Positions 48,601 through 61,157 of a stretch of DNA of 64,000 bases are shown piece after piece (positions within the stretch are counted from its first letter, which is position 1; each line of letters starts with the position of its first letter). The DNA is from Mobula hypostoma (lineage: Eukaryota). The notes beneath the pieces are model-generated. The model made no database searches. It was not told the DNA's origin and saw only the letters and a list, made by a program, of their open reading frames with translations. The stretch lies in contig NC_086097.1 of NCBI RefSeq assembly GCF_963921235.1, positions 183,398,001-183,462,000 on the forward strand. The letters are read 5' to 3'. The position numbers and the translations under genes were made by a program.

Positions 48601-48705
48601 CTTAATATCTTTAATTTTCTCTTCTTGAAAATCATCAATAGTTTCTTCTAGCTGTCGTGAAATGCGAGTGGCATCCATCGTGACCCTCTGTAATTCATTT
48701 TCAGC
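48601..48705 (-). CDS. CIBAR1: CIBAR1/FAM92A exon: [35 protein letters not shown]
   Basis: tttttctatgtcag| ... AAG|gtagaa, 105 nt, phase 0. Matches human [35 protein letters not shown]. Confidence 0.95.
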
Positions 48706-48999
48706 CTGACATAGAAAAACAATTCATAATTTTGGTAAATTTTGCACAAATATTTAATTTCATTAGGTTGTAGAATACTGTATCCTTTACCAACAATGGT
48801 TTGGAACACTAACATTGCTGTATGAGAAAATAGTAGTTTTGGAAAGTACATTGCCATTGCATAAAACTAATCCTAGATCTTATTTCTTTAAATAACATTA
48901 TACACCATTTCTATATCTTTGGTCCAGTCCACAGGATGCCTGATTCTATTCATTTCATCTGGCTAATAGAACACCTGGTTGTGTGAAACTAAATGATGT

Positions 49000-49815
49000 T
49001 TCAAATTCAAGTTTATTGTCATTTAATCATATCCATGAATATAGACAAATGAAACAGTGTTCTTCCAGGGCCGAGGTACAAAAAAGTACCAACAGTTACA
49101 CACAGCACAAGGCACATATAATCATGATAGCAGTAAAACATACAGTCAGAAAAAAATAAATAATAATAATAGCCCAAGTCCCTGAGTGTCATGGCCTGTA
49201 GGTTGTTGGTGCATGGCATGTTGTCCTGGAGCAATGTTGCTGAAAGACCAAGCATGCAGCAGTTCTTCATCACACGCAAATACAGCCGCAGACAAATGCA
49301 ATCCAGCGTATCTTCCATATGAACACTGGAGGGCAGCACCAACAGGTGGGGCCAGCCCCCAACCTGGCCATGCTACTTCTCCTCTGGTGTCTTCTCCCCT
49401 GTGCAACAGGCAACCCTACGGCATGAGGGCTCAGTCCGCGCAACAACTGAGGCAACGCAGCTCCCTGCTGTCGGTCTTGCCAGTGAACCAGACTTGCAGT
49501 ATTCTACATTATCAATATCCAACAGGGTCTTGCAATTACAAGAAATTATGTCTAAGATAATCATTTGCTCCATTTCTTGGGACTGCACACCATCTCTGAT
49601 GCCTTCCTCCTTCGATGGTTGTAGCAGGCAACATGGTACACAACAAGTCCAGTTCCACTGCTATTGAGCAACTCGCTGATGAGGTAGACCTGCAATACTT
49701 GATGTTGTTACTATCCAGCAGTGTGTTGTGATCATAAAAAAGATGTAAAGGATGAATAATCACACCTCTGTTTAGATACAGAGAGGTCACTGTGACTGAA
49801 TGCACCACCATTTTA
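49000..49815 (-). mobile_element. Probable non-autonomous retroelement with Rex1-type tail
   Basis: Minus 3' end aaatgacaataaacttgaatttga is near-identical in pattern to the Rex1 tail at 56750-56785; non-coding body. Confidence 0.5.
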
Positions 49816-50279
49816 ACAGAAGATTAATACACACTTTCTGATCTTTACAGCTAATATTAAGTAATGCACAAATTTGGTTATTTTTTATCCAATATCAAGA
49901 TACACAGGTTCCTGAAAAAGGATTCTGGTATTACGTTTTGTGAAGTAATGGTCAATCACAGGTCAATACTTAATGGCAGATATGCTGCCTGAACTTGTTG
50001 GTTGCCTGCCTTCAGAATCTGTTGCTTTTTTTCTAGCATGATCTGTTAAGGCCCACTTTTCCATGGAGAGGCTATCTCCTGGGTATGTGACAAGATCCTG
50101 TGCACTGCAGTGCAGTCTTTTTCCAACCATTAAGTGGCTAGCTCTGCCTTTGATCTATTGACCATCAAATGGGTTCTTGGCATCAACGGTCTAAATTGCT
50201 TAGGTGGGTAATATATTTATACAAATAACTAAATTAGTAAATAATAATTGATAGCATCAAACAGGGCAGAATTAAGAAA

Positions 50280-52383
50280 TCGTAGTTCAAGTAACCCAAG
50301 AGCAGGATGATCCTGTTTTAGATGTTTCATAAAGAATAGGGAGGGAGGCAAAAGGGAGAGGGGCAGCATTGTTAATCAGGCAAAGTACCACTGCTGCAGA
50401 AAGGGAGTATCATCTGCTGAATCGGTGTGGATAGACATCAGAAACAGGAAGGGAGCAATCATTCTATTGGAAGTATTCTTACAGACCTCTAACAATCACT
50501 GAGGAGCAGATAAGTAGATATATTTTAGAAAGGTGCAGAAGTAACAGGGTTGTTTTCATGAGTTACTTCAACTTCCTTAATATTGATTTGTACCTCCTTA
50601 GGGTAGAATTTGTAGGTGTTTCCAGGAAGAATTCCAGAAACAGTATGTGAACAAGCCGACAAGAAATGCCATACAGAATCTAGTACTAGGCAATGAACCT
50701 GGTTAGGTGATATACTTCTTGCTAGCCGACCATTTTGGAGTTAGTGACCATGGACAAGGATAAGAAAAGTTGATATGGATATTTAACTGGGGAAAGAATT
50801 TTAAGTGAGGACTTGGGTGCGTAAATTCGGAACAGATACTCTCAGCAAAATGTACAACGGAAATGTAGAGGTTGTTAAGGAACAATCACTTGTATAGGGT
50901 TCTAGATAGGTTTGTCCCACCCGAGCCAGAGTACAGATGGTAGCATAAAGTACTTATAATTTTTGAAGCAAAAATCAATCAGGGATTTTCAGAATTGTAA
51001 GATCACCTGGAAGGAGCTTGAGGTATTTAGAACTGCTAGAAGGGGACATGCCTTGGCGAGTAGATAATGGAAAACCCCAAGTATGTGAAGAACAGGAAGA
51101 TGACTAGATTCAGGTAGGACTGCTCAGGGATAAAGGAGGAAACATGTTTTTGAAGGTGGAGGATGTAGGGGAGGTCCTTAATGAGTACTTTGCTTCATTG
51201 TTCATCAGGGAGAGTGACTTTGATGGAATCTGAGGTCTATTGTGCTGGAGCAGTTGAGATTAAGAAAGTGGTAGTGCTGGATCTTCTATAACACATTGAG
51301 ATAGATTAGTCCTTGGGGTGAGGCAGGATATACCCAGGTTACGACAAGAAATGAGGGAAGAGATTGCTGTGCTGTTGGCAATGATCTTTGTATCCTCACT
51401 GGTCATAGGAGTAGCACCAGAGAATCAGAAGGTAGCTAATGTTGTTCCAATGTTCAAGAAAGGCAACAGGAACAATCTTGGGAATTAGACCAGTGAGCCT
51501 TCTGCCAGTGGTGGGCAAACAAATGGAGAGCAATTTGCAGATGACAAGAAGGTTAGAGTTGCTGTGGATATGTGGAAAGTTGGCATAGGTTATAACAGGA
51601 TATAAATAGATACAGAGCCGGATGGAGAAGTAGCAGATGAAGTTTCATTTGGAAAAATGTGACGTAAATACACTTAGGAAGATCAAACATGAACACAAGG
51701 TACAAGGTTGATAGCAGAATTATTAGCAGTGTGGAGGATTCCAGAGGGATCTTGGGGTAAAATTCCATAGATCCCTCAAAACTGTCACTAAAGATAGGGT
51801 GGTTAAGATAGTGTATAATGTGGCTAGGGAATTGAGTTCAAGAACCTCGAGGTAATGTTCCAGCTTTATAAAACTGATTAGACCAAACCTGGAGTACTGT
51901 GTTCAGTTTTGTGCTCGGTTCCAGTTGCCACATTATAGGAGGATGTGGAAGCTTTAGAGAGGGCGCAGAGGACTTTTACCAGGATGCTGTCCAGATTAGA
52001 GAACATATTCCAAGAGGAAAGGTTGAGCTTATTTCTTTGGAGTGACAGAGGATGAAAGGTGAGAGGTCTATTAGATTATGAGAGGCATAACTAGAGTGGA
52101 GAACCATCAAATGGTTCAATTTTGCTCAATACCAGATAACATCTAGTAAAAGTCAGTGGGAAAGTTAGGAGAGATGTCACAGAGAGTAGTGGGTGCCCAG
52201 AACACACTGCTGGGGTGGTGGTAGAGGCTGATACAATAGGGGCAATTTAGATTGGCACATGGATTTAATAACAATGGCGGGTTATGGGCTGTCTGGGAGC
52301 AAAGGGTGAGATTGATAGTGGAGTAGGTTAATGTATATTGGTTGGAACAATATTGGGAGCTGAAGGAGCTGTTCCATGTTCTA
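50280..52383 (+). mobile_element. Heavily decayed CR1 ORF2 (APE to 3' end)
   Basis: Scattered APE/RT remnants (SDH, NVVPMFKKG, RPNLEYCVQF) and CR1 tail. Confidence 0.8.
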
Positions 52384-52544
52384 AGCTAATTAAGTGAATA
52401 TTCAACCTATTCTATTGTAAATCCTCTGTATTCTTTTGGCATTGGTTAAAAATTAATGTCCTTAGTTTATTACCAGCATTCAGTAAATATTTAAACTAAT
52501 GGAAAGTAGCAGCTAGCAATATGGAAATGCTCCTTAGGAACATT

Positions 52545-54140
52545 AGACCATAAGACATAGGGGCAGAATTAGGCCATTCAGCCCATCAAATCCACTTCAC
52601 AATTTCATCAAGGCTGATCCCGGATCCCATTCAACCCCATACACCTAGCTCTTTGACCATATCCCTTGATGCCCTGACCAATCAGGAATCTATCAACTTC
52701 CGCTTTGAATATACCCAGTTTGGAATAATGAGAGCGAGTTCTGTGCAAGAGTGGAACCATTCAAAAGCGTCTCAGTGAACGTGAGTTTCACTTTGGATTA
52801 GTGAGAATGGGAACCATTGGAAAGCGCAAAGATCAGCCACTGTGTGTGGGCCAGTGGGGTCTAAAATCTGCGGGTTTGGCATGAGAGGCTTCGGCAAGGA
52901 GGCACAGATGAGTATCAGGGAAGAACAGATAGGTTTTTTTTTATATAGTAGTTAACTAAAAAGATACCAAATTACAGCAAAATGAATAAAATATTTGAAG
53001 AAATAACAAGCAGGATAGAGAAAGGAGAATTGGTGGATGTTGTGTACATGGATTTTCAGAAGGCCTTTGACAAGGTACCACACATACAGGTGCTTAACAA
53101 GTTAAAAACCCATGGAAATACAGGAAAGACTCTAGCATGGATAAAGCAGTGGCTGATTGGCAGGAGGCAAAGAGTGGGAATAAAAGGTGCCTTTTCTGGT
53201 TGGCTGCCAGTGAGTGGTGTTCACAAGGGATTGTGTTGGGACTGTTTTTTATGTTATACGTCACTGACTTGGATGGCTTTGTGGCGAAGTTTGCAGATGT
53301 TACGAAGATAGGTGGAGGGACAGGTAATTTTGAGAGAGAGGCTACAGAAGGACAGACAAATTAGGAGAATGGGCAAAGAAGTGGCAGGTGGAATACAATG
53401 TCGGGAAGTGTAAGGTCATGCACTTTGGTAGAGAAATAAGGGACTTAGGAGTCCTTGTGCAGGGTTCCCTAAAGGTTAGTTTTCAGGTTGAGTCAGTGGT
53501 GAGGAAAGCAAATGTATTAGCATTAATTTTAAGAGGACGAGAATATGAACCCATAGATGCAATGTTGAGGCTTTATAAAGCACTACTGAAGCCTTACTTT
53601 CTGAACAGTTTTGGGCACCTTATCTAAGAAAGCATGTGCTGACATTGCAGGGGGTTGAAAGGAGGTTCACAAAATTGATTTTGGGATTGAAAGGCTTACA
53701 TGAGGAGCATTTGATGGCTCTAGGCCTGTACTTACTGGAATTCATTAGAATGAGGGGTGGCCTCATTGAAACCTATCGAAAGTTGAAAGGCCTCCATAGA
53801 GTGGATGTGGAGAGAATGTTTCCTATGGTGGGGGGAGTCTTAAGACCAGAGGGCACAGCCTCAGAATAGAGAGGTTTCCTTTTAGAACGGAGATGAGGAG
53901 GAATTTCTTTAGTCAGAAAGTGGTTAATCTATGGAATTTGTTGCCACAGGTAGCTCTGGAGGCCAAGTCACTGGGTATATTTCAGGCAGACGTTGATAAG
54001 TTCTTGATTAGTCAGGGCATAAAGGGATATGGGTAGAAGGCAGGAGATTGGGGCTGAGAGGAAAAATGGAATAGCCATGATAAAATGGTGGAGCAAACTT
54101 GATGGGCCAAGTAGCTAAATTCCACTCCTGTATTTTATAG
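52545..54140. mobile_element. CR1 cluster: minus 3' end (52545-52715), then plus 5'UTR-like segment and RT/3' fragment (52990-54140)
   Basis: FEEITSRIEKGELVDVVYMDFQKAFDKVPH, and CR1 tails on both strands. Confidence 0.8.
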
Positions 54141-54149
54141 TCTAAAATA

Positions 54150-57100
54150 GGGATGCAGGATAAGATGTTGTGTTGTAGCTGCATGATGTGGGAGCTGATG
54201 GACCCCGTTGTGGTCTCTGGTGAGCTCATTTGTAGCAACTGGTTGCTTGAGGAAGTTAGGCTCAAAGTTAATGACCTGGAATCTATGCTTCAAACACCGT
54301 AATGCATTAGGGAGGGGAGTAGTTACCACTACACTGTTTCAGGAGGCAGTAATACCCATTAGATTTACTACATCAAATTCTAGTCTGTGACCAGGGACAA
54401 TATGGTGTGACAGTGAGTGAGGCAATAATTTGGGATAGTATAGTCAGGGAAATGGACACAATTCTCTGCTACAAGGAGAGTCTTGATGGCTGTGTTGTCT
54501 GCCAGGTGTCTGGGTTTGGGACGTCTCATCTGACCTGCAGAGAAATTTGAAATGGGAGGGGAAAGCTGCAGTTGTGGTCCATGTGGGTATCAATGACACA
54601 GGAAGAGCAAGGAAAGAGGTTCTGTTGAGGGAATTTGAACAGCTAGGGACTAAATTAGAACGCAAAACCAAAAGGAAATAATCTCTTAATTATTACCTGA
54701 GCTACATGCAGAATAGCACAGGGATAATAAGATTAGAGAGCTAAATGCATGGCTCAAAGATGGTGTGGGAGAATGCGTATGAATTTGTGGGACACTGACA
54801 CCAGTACAGGGGAATGAGGGAACTGTTCCAATGGGAGAGGTCCACCTGAACCATGCTGGGACTAGGGTCTTGGCAAATCGCACAACTAGGGCTGTGCATA
54901 GGACTTTAAACTAAATAATAGCTGGGGGGGGGGGTTGGGAAGAAACTAGTTCAACAGTTTTGAAAAGTATGGATAAAGTAAAAGGGAAGGAGAAAGCAGG
55001 AGAGATTATGCAAGTCTCCAGAATAAAGAAACAAAATTGAAAAGGGCATTGAAGGTGTTGTATCTGAATACATACAATATATGTAATAAGGTAGATGCTC
55101 TTATAGTGAGTGCGTTTGGAAATTGTGGATATCATAGAGTCCTGGTTGAAAGATTACGCCTGGGAGCTTAACATCCAAGGATACACATGGTATTGAAAGG
55201 ACAGGCTTTGTTGGTTAAAAAAAATGAAATCAAATACTTACAAAGAAGTGACATCGGATCAGAAGGTGTAGAATGCTTGTGGGTAGTTAAGAAACTTCAA
55301 AGGTATAAAGACCTTGATGGGTGTTATATGTAGGCCAGGATGTGGGATACAAATTGCAACAAGGAATTGGAAAAGCATGTAAAAAAGGCAATGTTATAAC
55401 AGTCATGAGGTTTTCAATATGCAAGTAGATTGGGAAAGTTGGGTTGGAACTAGATCCGAAGAGAAGGAATTTGTAAAATGCTGATGAGATAGCATTTTAG
55501 AGCAGCTTGTGGCCAGGCCCACATAGGAAACGATATTTCTAGATTGGGTGTTGCCAAATGAATCAGATATCACTATTGAGCTCAAGGTAAAGGAATCATT
55601 AGGAGGCAGTGATCGTAATATGATAGAATTCACCCTGCAGTTTGTGAGAAAGAAGCTAAAATTGGATGCATCAGTATTACAGTGGAGGACAGGGAACCTC
55701 AGAGGTATGAGAGAGGAGCTGGCCAAAGTGATCAGAAAGGAAAACTAGCAGGAATGGCTAGAGCTTCCAGGACTAATTTGGAAGATGCAGGATCAGTTTA
55801 TCTCAGAGGAAGAAGCATTTTAAAGGGAGGATGAAGCTATCATGACTGACAAGGGAAGTGAGAGCATAAAAGCAAAAGAGATGGTATACATTATAGCAAA
55901 AATTAGTGGGAAGCTTTTAAAAGCCAACAGAAGGCAACTAAAAAAAGATTAAACATGAAGGTAAGCTAGCCAATAATATAAAAGAGGATATCAGAAGTTT
56001 TTTCAGAGCACAACTACTTAAGTTTGAATGTGAACAAGATCAAGGAAATGATTGTGGACTTTAGCAAGGTGCAGATGAACCATCCCCCTCTGTGTATACA
56101 TGGATTCTCTGTAGCGAGAGTTAAGTGCACCAAGTTCCTGGGAGTTCATATCATGGATGATCTCACCTGGTTCCTCAGCAGCACCTCCACTTCCTAAGGA
56201 GACTGAAGCAAGTGAGCCCTCCCCCCAATCTTAACTGTATCGTACAGAAGCACAACTGAGAGTGTCTTGACAACCTGCATCCCCGTCTGGTATGGGAACA
56301 GCAATGCATCAGATAAAGGACTGTGAGAATGGCCGAGAGGATCATGGGGGTTTTCCTACCATCCATTCGGGACATTTATTAAGTGCATTGCACATACGGG
56401 GCCCTAAGTATTATCAAAGGTCTCACCCATTCATCCAGTATCCTCTTTGATATTCTACCATCAGCCAGGAGACTTCAATGCATAAAGACAAGAAAGGTCA
56501 AGATGGGAAACACCTCTTCCTTCAGACTATTAGGCTTATAAACTCCCTGCCACATCACATTTGAAGTGTCAGCAGTTAGTTTGTGCTGTCACCTACAATA
56601 TTTAATTAATGCGCTTTACTTGTTTATCTACTGTATGCATAAATCATTAGTAGATACAATTCTTGCTTTCCTAAGTTATTATGTATTACTGTGCTTTACA
56701 CCCTGGTCTGGAGAAACGTTGTCTTATTTGATGGTGTACATGTATACAGCTAAATGACAATAAGCTTGACTTGAGTTGACTTGAGATTTATAAAGAGTAA
56801 AACAGTCAAGGGTGGACATCAGACCACTGGAAAATGCTGCTGGAGAGATAGTAATGGGGGAACAAAGAAATGATGGTCACACCAAATAAGTATTTTACAT
56901 CAGTCTTCACTATGGAAGACACCAGTAGAATGTCAGAAATTAAAGAGAATTAGGGGGCAGAAGTGAGTGTAGTTGCAAAGGAGGTGGTGATTGGGAAGTT
57001 AAAAGAACTGAAAGTAGATAAGTCATCGGGAACAGATGGACTACACCCTAGTGTTCTCAAAGAGGTATCTGAAGCGATTGTGGAGGCATTGGTAGTGATC

Positions 57101-58480
57101 TTTCAAAAATCAGTAAGTTCAGGAATGATCCTGGAGGACTGGAAAATTGCAAATGTCACTCTACTTTTTAAGAAAGGAATGAAACAAGAAACAGGATATT
57201 ATAGGCCAGTTCGCTTGACTTGAGTGGTTGGGAAAATATTACGAGTCTATTATTAAAGATGAGGTTTTGAGTATTTGGAGACACATGATGAACTAGGCTG
57301 AGGTCAACATGGTTTCTTTTTGAGGGAAATCTTCCCTGACAAATCTATTGGAGTTCTCTGAGGGAATAACAGGCAGGGTAGACAAAGGAGAGTCAGTGGG
57401 TGTTGTTCACCCGCATTTTCAAAAAGCCTTTCACAAAGTACCACACATGAGGCTGCTAAAAAAGAACCTATGGTATCACAGGAAAAAATCTAGAATGGAC
57501 AGAAAATTGGCTGACTGGCAGAAGGCAAACAGTGGAATAAATGGGGCTTATTCTGGTTGGCTGCCAGTGACTAGTGGTGTTCTGCAGGGGTCTGTGTTGG
57601 GACTGCTACTTTTCATATTATTTGTTAATGATCTGGTTGATGGAATTGAAGGCTTTGTGGCCAAGTTTGCACATCATACAAAGATATTTGATGCAGCAGG
57701 TAGTGTTGTGGAAGCAGGGAATCTGCAAAAGGACTTGGATAGATTAGGAGCGAAGAATTGGCAGATGGAATAGAGTATAAGGAAGTGTATGGTCATGCAC
57801 TTTGGTAGAAGGAATAAAGGCGTAAGCTATTTTCTAAACAGGGAGTGAATTCAGAAATTGGAAGTGCAAAAGGACTTGGAAGTCCTCGTGCAGGATTCCC
57901 TAAAGGTTATCATGCAGATTGAGTCAGTAGTAAGGAAGGCAAGTGCAATGTTAGCATTCATTTTGAGAAAATAAAAGCAAGGATGTAATGCTGAGGCTTT
58001 ATATTGCATTAGTCAGACTACATGTAGAGTGTTGTAAACAGTTTGGGACCTTTATCTAAGAAAGGATTTACTGGCATTAGAGAGGGTCCAGAGGACATTC
58101 CTGAGAATGGTCCCTGGAATGAAAGGGTTAAATGTATGAGGAGCATTTGATTGCTCTGGGCCTGCACTCTCTGGAGTTTAGAAGAATGGGGAGGGGGAAA
58201 TCTCATTGAAACCTACCAAATATTGAAAAACCTAGATAAAGTGGACGTGCAGAAGATATTTCCAATTGCAGGAGAGTCTAGGACCAGAGAGCACAGCCTC
58301 AGAATAGAAGGCCAGATGGCTGTGGAGGCTAAGTCACTGGGTATATTTAAAACAAAGGTTGATAGGCTTTTGGTTAGGAAGGATATTAAAAGGTTATGGG
58401 GCAGGATAATGGGGTTGAATGATCAAATGGCAGAAGACTCAATGAGCCAAATGGCCTAATTCTACTCCTATAGTCTTATG
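54150..58480 (+). mobile_element. Near full-length decayed CR1 (ORF1 + ORF2) with a nested Rex1-like insert
   Basis: ORF1 CCSCMMWE..., VHVGIND, ends AVHRTLN*; ORF2 LKVLYLN, GSDRN, DKSSGTDGLHP, RT motifs. Confidence 0.88.
56008..56785 (+). mobile_element. Rex1/Babar-like LINE 3' fragment inserted in CR1
   Basis: LSLNVNKIKEMIVDF...ERVKCTKFLGVHIMDDLTW; (ttgac)n tail. Host CR1 FFR|FIKSK rejoins across it. Confidence 0.85.
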
Positions 58481-58837
58481 ATGACTTCAAAAAACAGACA
58501 ATAGGCTCTTTGGTCTATTTTCCAACAAGAAAAGTCCACATCTGCAGGTTGCTCTGGTCATTACATATGATCTTATGTAACTTCAGAAGATACACTTCAC
58601 ATCTTCAGTATGACCTGGAATGATATCTTGGACTTGCAAGTAAAAGTATAATATTATAGTTCATTGTGCTGTTTATTTCTTCTTAGCTTCATAGAGTAAA
58701 TTTCTTCTTCAAATAAAGATTTCTGGTTGGATTTGCTGCTATCTACATAATATTGTTCAGAGATTTTCAGGTGGTTATAATTACTCAGCCTTACAAATAA
58801 AATTCCCAGGAACTGCAGTTGAAATTCAATTACGAAC

Positions 58838-58843
58838 CTGTGT
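58838..58843 (-). CDS. CIBAR1: Probable 6-nt CIBAR1 microexon ACACAG (Thr-Gln)
   Basis: Minus strand TCCTTGACaatgaaacAG|ACACAG|GTtcgt. Phase 0; supplies the residues corresponding to human S-Q just before AETELQ. Confidence 0.7.
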
Positions 58844-58853
58844 CTGTTTCATT

Positions 58854-58861
58854 GTCAAGGA
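58854..58861 (-). promoter_or_regulatory. U12-type (minor spliceosome) branch point TCCTTGAC
   Basis: Matches TCCTTRAC; branch A 11 nt from the 3' splice site; no polypyrimidine tract. Confidence 0.7.
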
Positions 58862-58895
58862 TCCAAATGCCTTAATAACTGCTTTTAAATACATT

Positions 58896-59535
58896 AGTAT
58901 TAAGTATAAAACAGTTCCCGTGCGAAGGCAGATCAACCCGATGCAAGAACGCAGATACCACAAACACAATAACACAAGCAATACTTTCTCAAAGTTTACT
59001 CTTTATTCATAGCATGCTATGGGGGAAGTTACAGACCGATCTCCCAAAGAGCCAGTCTGGACACTACCCTCCCTCGAACCACAATTCTTCACAATTTATA
59101 ATATTGATCATTACATCCACAGGTAATCTTACAATTACATGAACTAAGACAGTTTTAGAACAATTCCGATCACATGTTAATATACTATTAGATGTAAAAT
59201 CATCATTGGTTAGTTATAATTATTTTCTGCCAAAGCTAGCCTGGATACAACATTAGTTCCTTATCCTGACACCTTCCCCTTTCTCTCGAACATTCTATCT
59301 CCTACGCTATCCTTCCCATATTTAGTTATACCTTGAGATGTCCCTTCTGTATGGCCAGATGGAGGACAATGTCCAATACATCACCTGTTGCTAGGTAGGG
59401 TTTCTTTCTGACTTGCCCAGCAACAGTATCATAAGGTACTCATAATCATTGTTCTTAGTCTATACCCATATTTACCTATCCCTCTACTCTATCACCTGTG
59501 AATTGCTGCTCATTCTCTTTATATCTGAAACCACA
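58896..59535 (-). mobile_element. Candidate solo LTR
   Basis: Minus strand starts TGTGG; CCAAT (59206-59210), TATAAA (59095-59100), AATAAA (59002-59007), then a GT-rich tract, in U3-R-U5 order. Flanking direct repeat (A)ATACATT. Terminal CA is not clear. Confidence 0.45.
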
Positions 59536-61035
59536 ATACATTTTCTTAGCTCAATAGTTTTTGTGCATTGTGTTAATAATGGGATTCTTGTTAACAAAAG
59601 GAAGTCCAATAATGAGTGCAAGAAATTCTGATTGGCTACAGCTGTGATGTCACTGCAAAATCAAAAGCAGTAGCATAAACCTTTAAGGGGCATAAAGATT
59701 GCTACAAGATTCCTACAACAAGCCTTAGCCTCAACCAAGATCTTCAAAAGATCGCACTAGTTGCATGAAGGTAGAAAAGGCAAGTACCATGTCCTGTTGT
59801 ACTGCTAGTGAGTCCCCACGGTTAAAATATAAACTTGCACTGATATTGTGCCTTTATAACACACATTTAAACTCTCTTCGCAAAATGATTAACCAACATA
59901 ATTTGATTTTGATCCTTAATTAGAAAATATTATCTTTACTTTTGGATGCCCATCTCTAAGTGGTACATTGAAAGTAGTTGTAGGCACCCTTCTTGATCTG
60001 CTGCAATCCTTGTGGTCAGGGTACTCCGGATGGCTAGTAGATACTGATTATGTGATGCCAAGAAAATGATGACTTGAGCAGTACTTGTATGTTTTATCCC
60101 TATCACACACTATTCTATTACATGAAACAGATAACTGGATGTGTCTGGGGTATGATTCTGTGATTATGTCAGATTATTTTCTTTCCTTGAATATACCAAA
60201 GAATCATATAAATTTTTATGACAATTTGAAGATTTCATGGTTATCACCAGCTATTTTGAATGTGGATTATATGAAGTAACTTTTAAATTCACCAGCTAAT
60301 CTGTGATAGCAAAACTCAGATTTTAAGATCTTTAGTCCAGAATTTTCAATACTAGTCTGTTAATTTGACTGGAATGCCGCCATTGCTAACATTGATGTAC
60401 ATGACAAAAAAAAACTGAGGAAGGTCCAAAAAGGAAATATAAAGAGAGGTCAAAGGGCAGAGGGATTCAAGCAGAAAGTTTCAGTGTTTTGAGGGCATAA
60501 ATAGGGAAGGTGTGAAACCAATATCATGGTTATTAAAATCTATACTAGAAAACAATAATCTGAATGTTGTATAGCTGAAGTGCATATGTTAAAAATGTGA
60601 GAAGGAAATCCATGGAGGTACTGCAAGCAAGATGAAAATTCTGCTGGAAGTGTTGCTCACCTGGGAGCCTTATAGGGATGCTGGATATGTGGAACCTAAT
60701 GCAAGTTAGGAAATCAGCAGCAGTGTTTTGACTGAGTGCACCTCAAAGATGAATGAAAGATGGAAGATTGATCAGAAACATACTGGCATGCTAAAACTGA
60801 TATTTTCAGTTAATTCTTCCCCATCTTCATCTCCTCTAAAGTTTCACTAACTAGCATTAGCACTCACTTCGCTCTTGCTCTTCTCATGTTCTCCTACCCT
60901 TTCCCTAACTTTTAAAACTGGTTGTCTTTAAATTATTAAACAACAGGAATTCTGCAGATGCTGGAAATTCAAGCAACATACATCAAAGTTGCTGGTGAAC
61001 GCAGCAGGCCAAGCAGCATCTATAGGAAGAGGTGC

Positions 61036-61071
61036 AGTCGACGTTTCAGGCCGAGACCCTTCGTCAGGACT
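61036..61071 (-). ncRNA. Minimal type I hammerhead ribozyme motif (mirror copy)
   Basis: Exact reverse complement of 61122-61157. Confidence 0.7.
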
Positions 61072-61121
61072 AACTGAAGGAAGAGTGAGTAAGGGATCCC
61101 TTACTCACTCTTCCTTCAGTT

Positions 61122-61157
61122 AGTCCTGACGAAGGGTCTCGGCCTGAAACGTCGACT
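61122..61157 (+). ncRNA. Minimal type I hammerhead ribozyme motif
   Basis: AGTC-CTGACGA-AGGGTCTCGGCCT-GAAA-C-GTC|GACT: stem I AGTC/GACT, intact core boxes, stem II hairpin, palindromic ACGT stem III, GUC cleavage triplet. Confidence 0.7.
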
